Origin: an uncultured delta proteobacterium
Lineage (GTDB): Bacteria; Desulfobacterota; Binatia; HRBIN30; BPIQ01
DNA: 64,000 nt
Direction: 5' to 3'
NCBI GenBank assembly: GCA_963761335.1
Contig: CAVXGR010000008.1
Location: forward strand, 10,635-74,634
The translations under genes and the position numbers were made by a program. The notes under the pieces were generated by a model, which had not been told where the DNA came from, searched no databases, and saw only the letters and a program-made list of their open reading frames with translations. Positions within the stretch are counted from its first letter, which is position 1. The number at the start of each line of letters is the position of its first letter. Positions 19,644 through 28,862 of this stretch are shown here, in pieces.

Positions 19644-20636
19644 TCAGCGCGACAGCGCTTCGACGTGCCGCTCGACCAGCTCGATGACGCGGCGCTCGAG
19701 GACGACACCGTCGAGAGCGTCGATCTCCTGGACGCCGGTGGGGCTGGTGACGTTCACCTCGGTGAGCCAGTTGCCGATGATGTCGAGGCCGACGAAGTAG
19801 AGGCCGTCGCGGCGCAGCGCCGGAGCCAGCTGGCGGCAGATGTCGCGGTCGCGCTCGGTGACCTCGGACTTCACCACCGTGCCGCCGACGTGGATGTTGC
19901 CGCGCGACTCATCCTCGCGCGGCACGCGCAGGCAGGCGCCGAGCGGCTCGCCGTCGAGGACGATCAGGCGCTTGTCGCCCTTGCGAATCTCCGGGAGATA
20001 GCGCTGCGCCATGATCAGCCGCGTGCCGTTGGCGGTGGACATCTCGAGGATGGCGTTGAGGTTGCGATCGCTCTTCTGCAGGTGGAAGACGCCGGCGCCG
20101 CCGCAGCCGTCGAGCGGCTTGACGATCATCTCGCCGCCCTGCTCGTCCATGAAGCGCTTCAGCTGCTCCATCCGGGCGGTGACCATGGTCGGCGGGATGG
20201 CGTCGGGGAAGGCGAGGGCATAGAGCTTCTCGTTTGCCTCGCGCAGGCCGCGCGGATCGTTGATGACGAAGGTGCGCTGCGGGTCGACGCGCGTCAGGAT
20301 CTGGGTGGCGAAGTAGTAGTCGAGATCGAACGGCGGGTCCTTGCGCATGAAGACGGCGTCGCACCAGGTGAGCGGCTCGATGTGCTCCTCGTAGAGCCGG
20401 TAGTGACGCTCGGCGCGCTGCACCTCGATGCGGCGCATGCGGGCGTGGGCGGCGTTGGCGGAGATGAACAGGTCCTCGGCGTGCAGATAGTAGATCTGGT
20501 GGCCGCGCGCCTGCGCCTCGAGCATGAAGGCGAAGGTGGTGTCCTTGTCGACGAGGATCTGCCCGATGGGATCCATGATGAACGCGTAGCGGTGCGGCAC
20601 GCCGGGCATGCTAGGCCGCGGCCCCAGCTCAGGCAA
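19644..20636 (-). CDS. gshB: Glutathione synthetase
   Basis: FIMDP, KDTT, MRKDPPFD, ANEKL, RGNIHVGG, EVNVTSPTG; start may be 20609. Confidence 0.95.
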   Translation of the reverse strand: MPELGPRPSMPGVPHRYAFIMDPIGQILVDKDTTFAFMLEAQARGHQIYYLHAEDLFISANAAHARMRRIEVQRAERHYRLYEEHIEPLTWCDAVFMRKDPPFDLDYYFATQILTRVDPQRTFVINDPRGLREANEKLYALAFPDAIPPTMVTARMEQLKRFMDEQGGEMIVKPLDGCGGAGVFHLQKSDRNLNAILEMSTANGTRLIMAQRYLPEIRKGDKRLIVLDGEPLGACLRVPREDESRGNIHVGGTVVKSEVTERDRDICRQLAPALRRDGLYFVGLDIIGNWLTEVNVTSPTGVQEIDALDGVVLERRVIELVERHVEALSR

Positions 20637-20663
20637 GCCGACTCCGAGCGCCGCGCTCGCAAG

Positions 20664-20802
20664 CTCCCCTCTCCCCGCATTTCCGCGGGGAGAGGATTGA
20701 GGAGAGGGGTCCCTTTCTCACTGCAAGCTCGTGGATATTCGCGGCGTCTAAAGAAATCGGCACCCTCACCCTGCCCTCTCCCGCAGGCAATGCGGGAGAG
20801 GG
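20664..20802. repeat. Family E hairpin pair
   Basis: CCCCTCTCCCCGC...GCGGGGAGAGG and CCCTCTCCCGCA...TGCGGGAGAGGG. Confidence 0.75.
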
Positions 20803-20903
20803 AACCCATGCCCGCAACGACTGGAATGACTACCCAATGGCACCTGTCAACGTCTGACACCGGGGAAATCAGGACACTACGTGCGCGCCGCGCCCGCGGC
20901 GTC

Positions 20904-21635
20904 TCAGCCGCCGAGGTCTCCCCAGAGGTGCTGCAGAAGCGCGACGGCGGTGATGCCGGCGGTCTCGCCGCGCAGGATGCGCGGCCCGAGCCTGGCCAGC
21001 AGGCAACCGGCGCGGCGGGCACTGTCGACCTCGGCCTCGGCAAAGCCGCCTTCGGGGCCGACGATGACCGTGGCGGCCGGCGGCGCGGCGGCGGGGAGAA
21101 CGCGGCGCCAGGGCGCCGCTTCGGGATGCAGCAGCACCGCGGCCTCCGCCGCGGCACTCTGGAGAACGAGGGCCAGGTCCAGCGGCCCGCGGATCTCGGG
21201 AACGCGGGTGCGGCCGCTCTGCTTGGCGGCGCTGGCGGCGATGCGCCTCCAGCGCTCGAGGCGCTCCGCGGGCGGGCGCGCCACCGTGCGCGCGCAGGTG
21301 AAGAGCGCAATCGCGGTGACGCCGAGCTCGGTGCTCTTCTCGACCACCATGTCGGTGTGCGCGCCCTTGAGCACGGCCTGAGCGAGCGTCAGCCGCAGCG
21401 GCGACTCGCGTTCGGGGTGACGCGTCTCGCGCACCTCGATCTCCGCCTCCTCCTCGCCGACGCGGGCGACGACGCCGCGGTACTCTGCGCCGCTGGCGTC
21501 GAAGACGGCGATCGGATCGCCGGGCCGCAGGCGGAGCACGCGCAGGTGGTGCAGCTCGCTGCCGCGCAGGCGCAACAGCACACCGTGGAGCTCGGCCGCC
21601 TCGATGAGGAAGCGGGGAATCGGCGCCGGGCTCAT
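20904..21635 (-). CDS. rsmE: 16S rRNA m3U1498 methyltransferase
   Basis: HHLRVLRL, EKSTELGV, IVGPEGGF, LGPRILRGETA. Confidence 0.95.
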   Translation of the reverse strand: MSPAPIPRFLIEAAELHGVLLRLRGSELHHLRVLRLRPGDPIAVFDASGAEYRGVVARVGEEEAEIEVRETRHPERESPLRLTLAQAVLKGAHTDMVVEKSTELGVTAIALFTCARTVARPPAERLERWRRIAASAAKQSGRTRVPEIRGPLDLALVLQSAAAEAAVLLHPEAAPWRRVLPAAAPPAATVIVGPEGGFAEAEVDSARRAGCLLARLGPRILRGETAGITAVALLQHLWGDLGG

Positions 21636-22477
21636 GAGCGGCGGCGCATCCCCACGGTGACCCACTCGCCGTCGATGTGGCGCTCGCTCTCCAGCCAGTC
21701 GCGGGCGTAGCCGGAAAAGAACTCGGGCAGGTCGCGATCGAGCAGCCCCGAGGCGATGAGCAGGCCGCCGGGCTCGGTCAGCGCCGCCAGTCGTGGCTCG
21801 AGCGGCAGCAGCAGGTGGCACTGCAGGTTGGCGAGCAGCAGCGGAAACGACTCGCTGCGCACATCGTCGAGGGAGGCGACGATGCACAGGGTGGCGGCGA
21901 CGCCATTGCGCGCCGCGTTCTCGGCGGCGGCGGCGCGCGCCAGCGGATCGATGTCGACGGCGACGATGCGAGAAACGCCGAGGCGCGCCAGGGCGATGGC
22001 GAGGATCCCGGAGCCGGTGCCGAGGTCGAGGGCGCGCTCGCAGGGGCGCGGCCGCAGGCGCTCGAGCATCTCCAGGCAGCCGCGGGTGGTGGCGTGGTGT
22101 CCGGTGCCGAAGGCCATCCCGGGATCGATCTCGATGGCGATGCGGCCGGCGGGGACGTCGTGGACCCACGGCGGATGCACGTAGAGCCGCTCGCCGATCT
22201 CGAGCGGCGGAAAGTGCTGCTTCCAGTTCTCGGCCCAGTCCTCCCGCGCCACCCAGCGGGTGCGCACGCCGCAGTCGCCGGAGAGGCCGGCCGCCTCGAG
22301 ATAGCGGCGCAGCGCCGGCAGCGGCTCCTCGTCGTCGAAGTAGGCGAGCAGTCGCGAGCGCCCGCCGTTCTCCTCGGTGCACAGCCCCGGAGAGCCGAGC
22401 TCGAGGAGAATGTTGGCCACCGCCTCCGCGGCGGCGTCGGGAAGCTCGACGCAGACCTCGAGCCAGGCGTCTCGCAT
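21632..22477 (-). CDS. prmA: Ribosomal protein L11 methyltransferase
   Basis: DPGMAFGTGHHATT, LDLGTGSGILAI. Confidence 0.95.
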   Translation of the reverse strand: MRDAWLEVCVELPDAAAEAVANILLELGSPGLCTEENGGRSRLLAYFDDEEPLPALRRYLEAAGLSGDCGVRTRWVAREDWAENWKQHFPPLEIGERLYVHPPWVHDVPAGRIAIEIDPGMAFGTGHHATTRGCLEMLERLRPRPCERALDLGTGSGILAIALARLGVSRIVAVDIDPLARAAAAENAARNGVAATLCIVASLDDVRSESFPLLLANLQCHLLLPLEPRLAALTEPGGLLIASGLLDRDLPEFFSGYARDWLESERHIDGEWVTVGMRRRS

Positions 22478-22489
22478 CAGTCACCAATG

Positions 22490-22854
22490 CTACGCGAGGG
22501 GCGGAGATGGCAAGCCGCGGCAAGGCCGCCGCTTGCCATCTCCGCCCCTCGCGTAGGGTGGCTCGGTTTCTGGGCTTCACGGTGGCTCGGTTGTCGGGTT
22601 TTGATCTTTTGCGGCCGGCCATTCCGGGGGTTGGAGAGGCTGTCTCGAAACCAAAGTAGAAGCGCCGTCCCGGCGCTTTCCGAAGCGGCGGGACGCCGCT
22701 TCTACTCGGCCCGCGAGCCGGCGGCAGCCGTCTTGAAGGTGATCGACGGCAGATGAATCGAGAGGGCCACGCGCATGGCAGCTCGAGAACCCGCCAACCC
22801 GATAACCGAGTAACCGAGTAACTGAGGAACTGAGAAACCGAGCCACCGAGCCAC
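22490..22854. repeat. Composite repeat region
   Basis: Perfect 26-bp IR 22490-22515/22531-22556; GTAG-type palindrome 22655-22706; inverted 8-nt-period GTGGCTCG arrays at 22558 and 22791-22854 (family D). Confidence 0.85.
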
Positions 22855-22866
22855 TTCTCCGCGCTG

Positions 22867-23667
22867 TTGACCCCTGCTCCCCCGTTCTCTATCACAGACC
22901 GCGTGTCCATCGGCGACGGCTATCTGAAGATCGCGCACCGCGGCGCCTCGGGGACGGCGCCGGAGCATACCCGGCCGGCGTTCATGCGCGCCCTCGAGCT
23001 CGGCGCCGACATGATCGAGATGGACATCCAGCTCAGCCGCGATGGCTACCTGGTCGTCTTCCACGACGAGACTCTGGAGCGCACCAGCAACGGGCAGGGG
23101 GCGGTGCGCGAGCACACCCTCGCCGACCTGAAGGCCCTCGACACCGGCAGCTGGTTCGGCGAGGCATTCGCCGGTGAGCCGTTGATGACCCTCGAGGAGG
23201 TGGTCGAGCTGGTCGGCCGCAAGGCGATGCTCAATCTGGAGATCAAGAGCCCGCCCGGAGACTGGAGCAACGTGGCGCTGAAGACCATCGCCGTGCTGAC
23301 CTACGCCGGCATTCTCGGCACCACGGTCGTCTCCTGCTTCGAGATGCAGGCGCTGCAGAAGGTTCGCGAGATCTCGCCCTCGGCCCGCATCGGTGTCCTC
23401 TGGCACGATCCCGAGTGGGAAGGCGCCTGGCGCTGGGCGCGGGAGCTGGCCGCCTGGTCCTTTCATCCGTGGGCCAAGGTGGTGACCGCCGAGGGTGTGC
23501 GGCAGGCGCACCAGCACGGGCTCCGGGTGCTGACCTGGACGGTGAACGAGCCGGAGGAGATCGAGCGCGTGCTGTCGATGGGTGTCGACGGCGTCATGGG
23601 AGATTTTCCCGAGCGCTTCCTGCAGGTGCGTGCCCGCCAGGCGAAGGTCGGGGCGAACCCGTCTTGA
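22867..23667 (+). CDS. Glycerophosphodiester phosphodiesterase
   Basis: IAHRGASG.APEHT, EMDIQLSRDG, HD.TLERT, NLEIK, WTVN. Confidence 0.92.
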   Translation: MTPAPPFSITDRVSIGDGYLKIAHRGASGTAPEHTRPAFMRALELGADMIEMDIQLSRDGYLVVFHDETLERTSNGQGAVREHTLADLKALDTGSWFGEAFAGEPLMTLEEVVELVGRKAMLNLEIKSPPGDWSNVALKTIAVLTYAGILGTTVVSCFEMQALQKVREISPSARIGVLWHDPEWEGAWRWARELAAWSFHPWAKVVTAEGVRQAHQHGLRVLTWTVNEPEEIERVLSMGVDGVMGDFPERFLQVRARQAKVGANPS

Positions 23668-23782
23668 CGATCCCGGACCGGGGGCATAATAGAACATTCT
23701 TGACGACGACGGAGTGCACTTCCAACGCCCGGCGCGCCGCGGGCCCTGTGGGCAGATTCCCGGCCCGCTGCGGAAGGACGGA

Positions 23783-24277
23783 ATGAACGTCATCGATGCG
23801 GCAGTGGTGATCGTCATTCTTCTCGCGGCACTGCGCGGCTACTGGCGCGGCTTCCTGCGCGAGCTGTTCGGCTTCGCCGCGCTCGTCGCCGCAGTGGTGG
23901 CGGCGATGCAGTGGAGCGGGGCGGCTGCCGAGCTGTTGATCGGCCGCGTGCCCGGTCCCGACGCCGTGCGCCAGGCCGTCGCCTTCACCGGCGTCTTTCT
24001 GGCCGCCGACGTGGTCGTCAACCTGGTCGGCCTGATCTTCGATCGCTTGGCGGCGGCGCTGATGCTCACCGGCGTCAACCGCGCCGCGGGCTCGCTGTTC
24101 GGCGCCGCCAAGGGGGCCGCGGTCATGGCCGCGGTGCTGCTGTTCATCTACCTGTTCCCGCCGACGTCCAAGCTGGACGAGAAGATTCTCACCTCCTCCC
24201 TGGGCCGGCCGCTGATGAATGCGGCGGGGGACGTCCTGCGACTCGGCGTCCCGCAGCAGCCGGAGCAGGGCAGCTGA
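23783..24277 (+). CDS. CvpA family membrane protein
   Basis: RGYWRGFLRE, NRAAGSLFGAAKG. Confidence 0.88.
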   Translation: MNVIDAAVVIVILLAALRGYWRGFLRELFGFAALVAAVVAAMQWSGAAAELLIGRVPGPDAVRQAVAFTGVFLAADVVVNLVGLIFDRLAAALMLTGVNRAAGSLFGAAKGAAVMAAVLLFIYLFPPTSKLDEKILTSSLGRPLMNAAGDVLRLGVPQQPEQGS

Positions 24278-24284
24278 GGACGGG

Positions 24285-26048
24285 ATGGCCGGCAGGATCC
24301 CCGACGATACCATCCAGGAGATTCGCGACCGGGTCAGCATCGTCGAGGTGATCTCGAGCTACGTTTCGCTCAAGCGCGCCGGCCGCAATCACCTCGGCCT
24401 CTGTCCGTTTCACCACGAGAAGACGCCGTCGTTCACGGTCAGCGAGGAACGCGGTCTCTTCCACTGCTTCGGCTGCGGTGCGGGCGGCACCGTCTTCACC
24501 TTCCTGATGCGGCTCGAACGACTCGAGTTTCCCGAGGCGGTGGAGCTGGTGGCGCGCCGCGCTGGCATCGCCCTGCCCGAGCGTCAGGCCGACAGCCGCG
24601 AGTCGGCGGAGCGGGAGAAGATCGAGAAGATCAATGCCTGGGCGGCAAAGAGATTCGCCGAGGCACTGGCGGGACGCCTCGGCGAGCCCGGCCGCGACTA
24701 TCTGCGCCGGCGGGGAATCAGCGAGGAGACGCTGCGGGCCTTCAACCTGGGATTGGCGCCCGGGGGAGACACGCTGACGCGCGCCCTCGCCGGACGCGCC
24801 GATGCCAGCGCCGCTGCCGAGCGCGCCGGGCTGCTCCTGCGTCGCGACCGCGGCGGGCTCTACGACCGTTTTCGCGACCGCCTCATGTTTCCCATCGCCG
24901 ACGGCCGCGGGCGCGTCGTCGGCTTCGGCGGGCGCATTCTCGGCGACGGCCAGCCGAAGTACCTGAACTCTCCGGAGTCACCGATCTTCCGCAAGGGCGA
25001 GCTGCTCTACGGCTTGCCGCAGGCGCGCGCCGCCATTCGCGAGCAGGACTGCGCCGTGGTGGTCGAGGGATACATGGACGCCCTGGCGCTGGTGCAGCAC
25101 GGCATCGCGCCCGTGGTCGCCACCCTGGGCACGGCGCTCACCGGCGCGCACCTGCGGCAGCTGCGGCGCCTGGCGAGCCGGATCGTCGTCTTCTTCGACG
25201 GCGATCGGGCCGGCCGGGCGGCGGCGACGCGCGCCTTTGCCGTCTGCGCCGAGGCCGAGTGCTGGGCGAGCGGCGCTTTCCTACCCGACGGCGAGGATCC
25301 CGACTCCTTCGTGCGCAGCCGCGGCGCCGAGGAGGTGCGCCAGCTGCTCGCGGATGCGGTCCCCCTCTCGGATTTCTACTTTCAGGAGATGCGTGCCGGG
25401 CTGACGGCGCCGGTCGCCGAGAAGGCGCGGGCGGCCTCGGAGGTGGCGCGCGTCCTCGGGCTGATCCGCAGTCCCATCGAGCGCGACCTGCTCACCCGCC
25501 GCGCCGCGGCGCTTCTCGGAGTCGGCGAGGATGCCTTGCGCGCCGCGGCTGGGCGTCCGGCGGCCGCGCCGCCGCCGCGACCCGAGCCCGAGCCGGCGGC
25601 GCCGCAGCCGCTTCGCCTCGAGCCCGTCGCCGAGGTGGTGCTGCTCGAGGCGATGGCCGCCGACCGTCCGACGGCCGCCTGGATCACCGCGCAGGGAACC
25701 ATCGAACGCTTTCGCAACCCGGAGCTGGCGCGCTGCGCCGCGCTTCTGGCCGGCGCCTGGGAGGATGGCGAGGAGGCGGTGAGCCGGGCTCTCGAGGGCA
25801 TGCCGCAGGCGCTCTCCGAGCGGCTCAGCGGCGCGGCCCTGCGCGGCGACGGCACCGCGGACTGGCACCGCACCGCCCGCGACTGCGCCGGGCGGATCGA
25901 AGAGGAGGCCCGCCGCCGGGTCGCTGAGAACACCCTGGAGAAGCTGCGACAGGCGGCCACTCTCGGCGACGAGGAGCGCGAGCGCGAGCTTCTGCAGCGC
26001 AAGCAGGAGGAGCTGGAGCAGCGGCGGCGGGGGGCCGGGCCGGGGTGA
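24285..26048 (+). CDS. dnaG: DNA primase
   Basis: CPFHHEKTPSF...CFGC, KYLNSPE, VEGYMD, DGDRAG. Confidence 0.97.
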   Translation: MAGRIPDDTIQEIRDRVSIVEVISSYVSLKRAGRNHLGLCPFHHEKTPSFTVSEERGLFHCFGCGAGGTVFTFLMRLERLEFPEAVELVARRAGIALPERQADSRESAEREKIEKINAWAAKRFAEALAGRLGEPGRDYLRRRGISEETLRAFNLGLAPGGDTLTRALAGRADASAAAERAGLLLRRDRGGLYDRFRDRLMFPIADGRGRVVGFGGRILGDGQPKYLNSPESPIFRKGELLYGLPQARAAIREQDCAVVVEGYMDALALVQHGIAPVVATLGTALTGAHLRQLRRLASRIVVFFDGDRAGRAAATRAFAVCAEAECWASGAFLPDGEDPDSFVRSRGAEEVRQLLADAVPLSDFYFQEMRAGLTAPVAEKARAASEVARVLGLIRSPIERDLLTRRAAALLGVGEDALRAAAGRPAAAPPPRPEPEPAAPQPLRLEPVAEVVLLEAMAADRPTAAWITAQGTIERFRNPELARCAALLAGAWEDGEEAVSRALEGMPQALSERLSGAALRGDGTADWHRTARDCAGRIEEEARRRVAENTLEKLRQAATLGDEERERELLQRKQEELEQRRRGAGPG

Positions 26049-26191
26049 GGAGGGGGCGGAAATTGCGGCCGGAGCGTTTTCATTGTGTGCGCCCCGGTGG
26101 TATCTGGATCGATGCACCAGTGAGAACTCCCACTCCATACGCAACCACAAACGAAGGGCCGGGCTCGCTGCAGCGGGCAGGCCGAGAGCAC

Positions 26192-26265
26192 GGGCCCATA
26201 GCTCAGGAGGTCAGAGCCGCCGGCTCATAACCGGTAGGTCCCAGGTTCGAATCCTGGTGGGCCCA
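26192..26265 (+). tRNA. tRNA with CAT anticodon, probably tRNA-Ile2 (lysidine); CCA not encoded
   Basis: GGGCCCA/TGGGCCC acceptor stem, CTCATAA anticodon loop, GGTTCGAATCC T arm. Confidence 0.93.
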
Positions 26266-26293
26266 TCTCGGCGACGGCCGCGCGCGAAACGCG

Positions 26294-27055
26294 ATGAAGA
26301 ATATGGAAGAAGCAGAATCAGACGAGTTGGAAAAAGAGATCGATCGGCTGGCCTTGTTGCAGCAGGTCGACCAGCGACTGCGCAGCCGGCGCCTCGACGC
26401 GGGATCCCTCGATGAGGAGATTCGCGAGCGCGAGCAGCAGCTGTCGACACGGCGCGAGGCAGTGAGCGCGCTGCAGTCGACGTCTCGCGAGCTGGAGGCG
26501 CAGCGGCGCGACCTGGAGCAGCGGCTCGAGGACGAAGAGATCAAGATGAAGGATCGGCGCATGCGTCTGAATCGCGTGCGCAGCGAGAAGGAGCTGCAGG
26601 CGATTCGGCGCGAGATCGAGCTCGGCAAGGAAGCCAACCAGCAGATGGAGACGGAGCTGCTCACCTGCATGGAGCAGCTGGAGACCACGGGACAGGGGCT
26701 GCTGGAGGCGCTCGCCGCGCTGGAGGAGCTGGAGTCGCCGATGACCGAGGAGATCGCCGAGCGGCGCGGCCGCCTCTCGAATCTGGAGCGCGATTCGGAA
26801 GAGGATCACGTTCTGCGCCAGCGGCTGGCGGAGAAGCTCGACGACGGCGTGCGCAGCAAGTACGAGCAGATCTTCGAGCGGCGCGGCGGCCTGGCGGTCG
26901 TCGAGGTGCGCAACGGCACCTGCCTCGGCTGCCACATGAACCTGCCGCCGCAGCTCTTCAACGAGATCCAGAAGACGCGCGACGTGCGCCTGTGCCCCAA
27001 CTGCCACCGCATGCTCTTCTGGCGCCCCGACGGCAACGGCGCCGGCGGTCGTTAG
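26294..27055 (+). CDS. Coiled-coil C4-type zinc ribbon protein (DUF164-like)
   Basis: LQQVD, long coiled coil, CLGCHM...CPNCHRML. Confidence 0.9.
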   Translation: MKNMEEAESDELEKEIDRLALLQQVDQRLRSRRLDAGSLDEEIREREQQLSTRREAVSALQSTSRELEAQRRDLEQRLEDEEIKMKDRRMRLNRVRSEKELQAIRREIELGKEANQQMETELLTCMEQLETTGQGLLEALAALEELESPMTEEIAERRGRLSNLERDSEEDHVLRQRLAEKLDDGVRSKYEQIFERRGGLAVVEVRNGTCLGCHMNLPPQLFNEIQKTRDVRLCPNCHRMLFWRPDGNGAGGR

Positions 27056-27085
27056 CTGGCGCGGGCAAGGTCTTCCCGTTTCCGG

Positions 27086-27222
27086 TTCTCATTCCCAATT
27101 CTCGTCCCGTCGTCTTCCATTGTTCTGAGAGCCCGGGCGAGGTCCGGCCCGCCGGGGATTGCTCCGCGCCGGTCAGAGCGAATGGAAAACGACGGGATGA
27201 GAACCGGGAATGAGAATGAGAA
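27086..27222. repeat. Family A palindromic element, copy 2
   Basis: Arms match 150-290, different core. Confidence 0.88.
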
Positions 27223-27288
27223 CGGGTTCCTTGGTAGCTGTGCGCCTCGCTCTCGCGATACGTTTCCGCTAAGATCGGCGCTTCGAGC

Positions 27289-27650
27289 GGGAGGAGGTCA
27301 AGCGGTCGCTCGTTTCCCGGGCGCGGCTCGGGAGCGAGAGGAAAGTCCGGACTCCGCAGGGCAGGGTGGCCGCTAACCGCGGCCCGTCGCGAGGCGGGGA
27401 AAGTGCCACAGAAAACAGACGGATCCGGCTGCGGCCGGACACCGGTGAAAAGGTGCTCAGCACCCCCGGCCGGGTGACCGGTCGGTGCGGCAAACCCCAC
27501 CCGGAGCAAGACCAACAGGAGGGAAGCGCGGCCCGCGCGACCCCTCGGGTTGTCGCCCCGAGCCGGCGGGCAACCGTCGGCCCAGAGGAATGACCGCTGC
27601 CCCTTTCGACCTGGAAAGGGGAACAGAATCCGGCTTACCGACCTCCTCCC
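27289..27650 (+). ncRNA. rnpB: RNase P RNA, type A
   Basis: GAGGAAAGTCCGG, AGTGCCACAGAAA, GGCAAACCCC..GGAGCAAG, ACAGAATCCGGCTTA; P1 GGGAGGAGGTC/GACCTCCTCCC. Confidence 0.96.
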
Positions 27651-27695
27651 GCTCGAACTGATTCTGGAATGCGGGGCCGGCAGGAGACCCCCCTG

Positions 27696-27834
27696 TTCTC
27701 ATTCCCGGTTCTCGTCCCGTCGTTTTCCATTGTTCTGCGAGCCGCGTGAGTTCGGTCAGCTCCGTGGGTGACTCGCAGCGGTCAGAGCGAATGGAAAACG
27801 ACGGGATGAGAACCGGGATGAGAACCGGGGATGA
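27696..27834. repeat. Family A palindromic element, copy 3
   Basis: Arms match 150-290, different core. Confidence 0.88.
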
Positions 27835-27943
27835 CGGAATAGAGGATGGCCTGCGGCGACGGTGCGAAGGCCGTCAAGAGGTTTCTTGTCAGGCCGCGTC
27901 CTCCCGAAAACCCAGCGTCTGGCCGCGTTTCTCATTATTTCAC

Positions 27944-28030
27944 TTGACAGACCCCGCCATGAAGTTGCATAAACCTGACCCTGAGTGGGTCAAAGTGGGG
28001 GATAGTGGTGGATCAGTGGCGGATCGTGGT
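27944..28030 (+). promoter_or_regulatory. dcw promoter region with MraZ boxes
   Basis: TTGACA at 27944; GTGG at 27985, 27995, 28005, 28016, 28026 (~10-bp period). Confidence 0.8.
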
Positions 28031-28035
28031 AAGGT

Positions 28036-28491
28036 ATGTCTTTTCGGGGCAATTTCGAGCACACCATCGACGACAAGGGACGGGTCAGTGTGCCGGCGCG
28101 TTTCCGGGATCTCATCGTCGCCACCAATGACGACCGCGTTCTGGTCACCAACTTCGAGCTCAACTCCGTCCCCCACCTCCACGTCTACCCCTACGCCGCC
28201 TGGATGGAGCTCGAGGGCAAGATCAAGAACAAGCCGCAGTTCGATCCCGCTGTCCAACATTTCACCAACTTCTACCTCGGGCGGGCACAGGATTGCCAGC
28301 TCGACAAGCAGGGACGCATTCTGCTGCCCCCCAATCTGCGGGCGTTTGCCAACCTCGAGCGGGCCGTAATGATCACCGGGGCCGGCGAAAAGTTCAACGT
28401 CTGGAATCGCGACGCCTGGGAGCAGGTGTTCTCCGCGTCCAGGACGGCGCTGTTCGCCGATCCCAAGATGCTCACGGACTTGGGGATCTGA
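28036..28491 (+). CDS. mraZ: Transcriptional regulator MraZ
   Basis: FRG..EHTIDDKGR, LDKQGRI. Confidence 0.95.
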   Translation: MSFRGNFEHTIDDKGRVSVPARFRDLIVATNDDRVLVTNFELNSVPHLHVYPYAAWMELEGKIKNKPQFDPAVQHFTNFYLGRAQDCQLDKQGRILLPPNLRAFANLERAVMITGAGEKFNVWNRDAWEQVFSASRTALFADPKMLTDLGI

Positions 28492-28493
28492 GC

Positions 28494-28862
28494 ATGGTGA
28501 CGGGCCGCGAGCTCCGCTCTCCCTCCCGTCTTGCCGCGGGCATCGATACCGGCGCAGCTCTGCCGCCGGTCAACATCCTGCGGCGCCCGCGGACCGGCGT
28601 GCGGCTGACCATCGTGCGCTTCCTGCCTCTCCTCGCCCTGCTCATGATCAGCGCTCTCAGCTGCGTGTGGCTGCAGCTCGAGGCGACCGACGTCGCCTAT
28701 CGCATGTCGACCGTGCGCGTCCTCGTCGAGCGCTTGGGCGGCGAGCAGCGCGACCTGCAGCTGGAGGTCGCGGCGGCGGAGTCGCCGGCGCGTCTCGAGG
28801 AGCTCGGGCGCTCTCTCGGGCTGCAACCGCCGAAATGGGGCAGCGAGGTGCCGCTGCCGTGA
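28494..28862 (+). CDS. ftsL: Cell division protein FtsL
   Basis: One TM, leucine zipper, SPARLEELGRSLGL; overlaps ftsI start. Confidence 0.8.
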   Translation: MVTGRELRSPSRLAAGIDTGAALPPVNILRRPRTGVRLTIVRFLPLLALLMISALSCVWLQLEATDVAYRMSTVRVLVERLGGEQRDLQLEVAAAESPARLEELGRSLGLQPPKWGSEVPLP

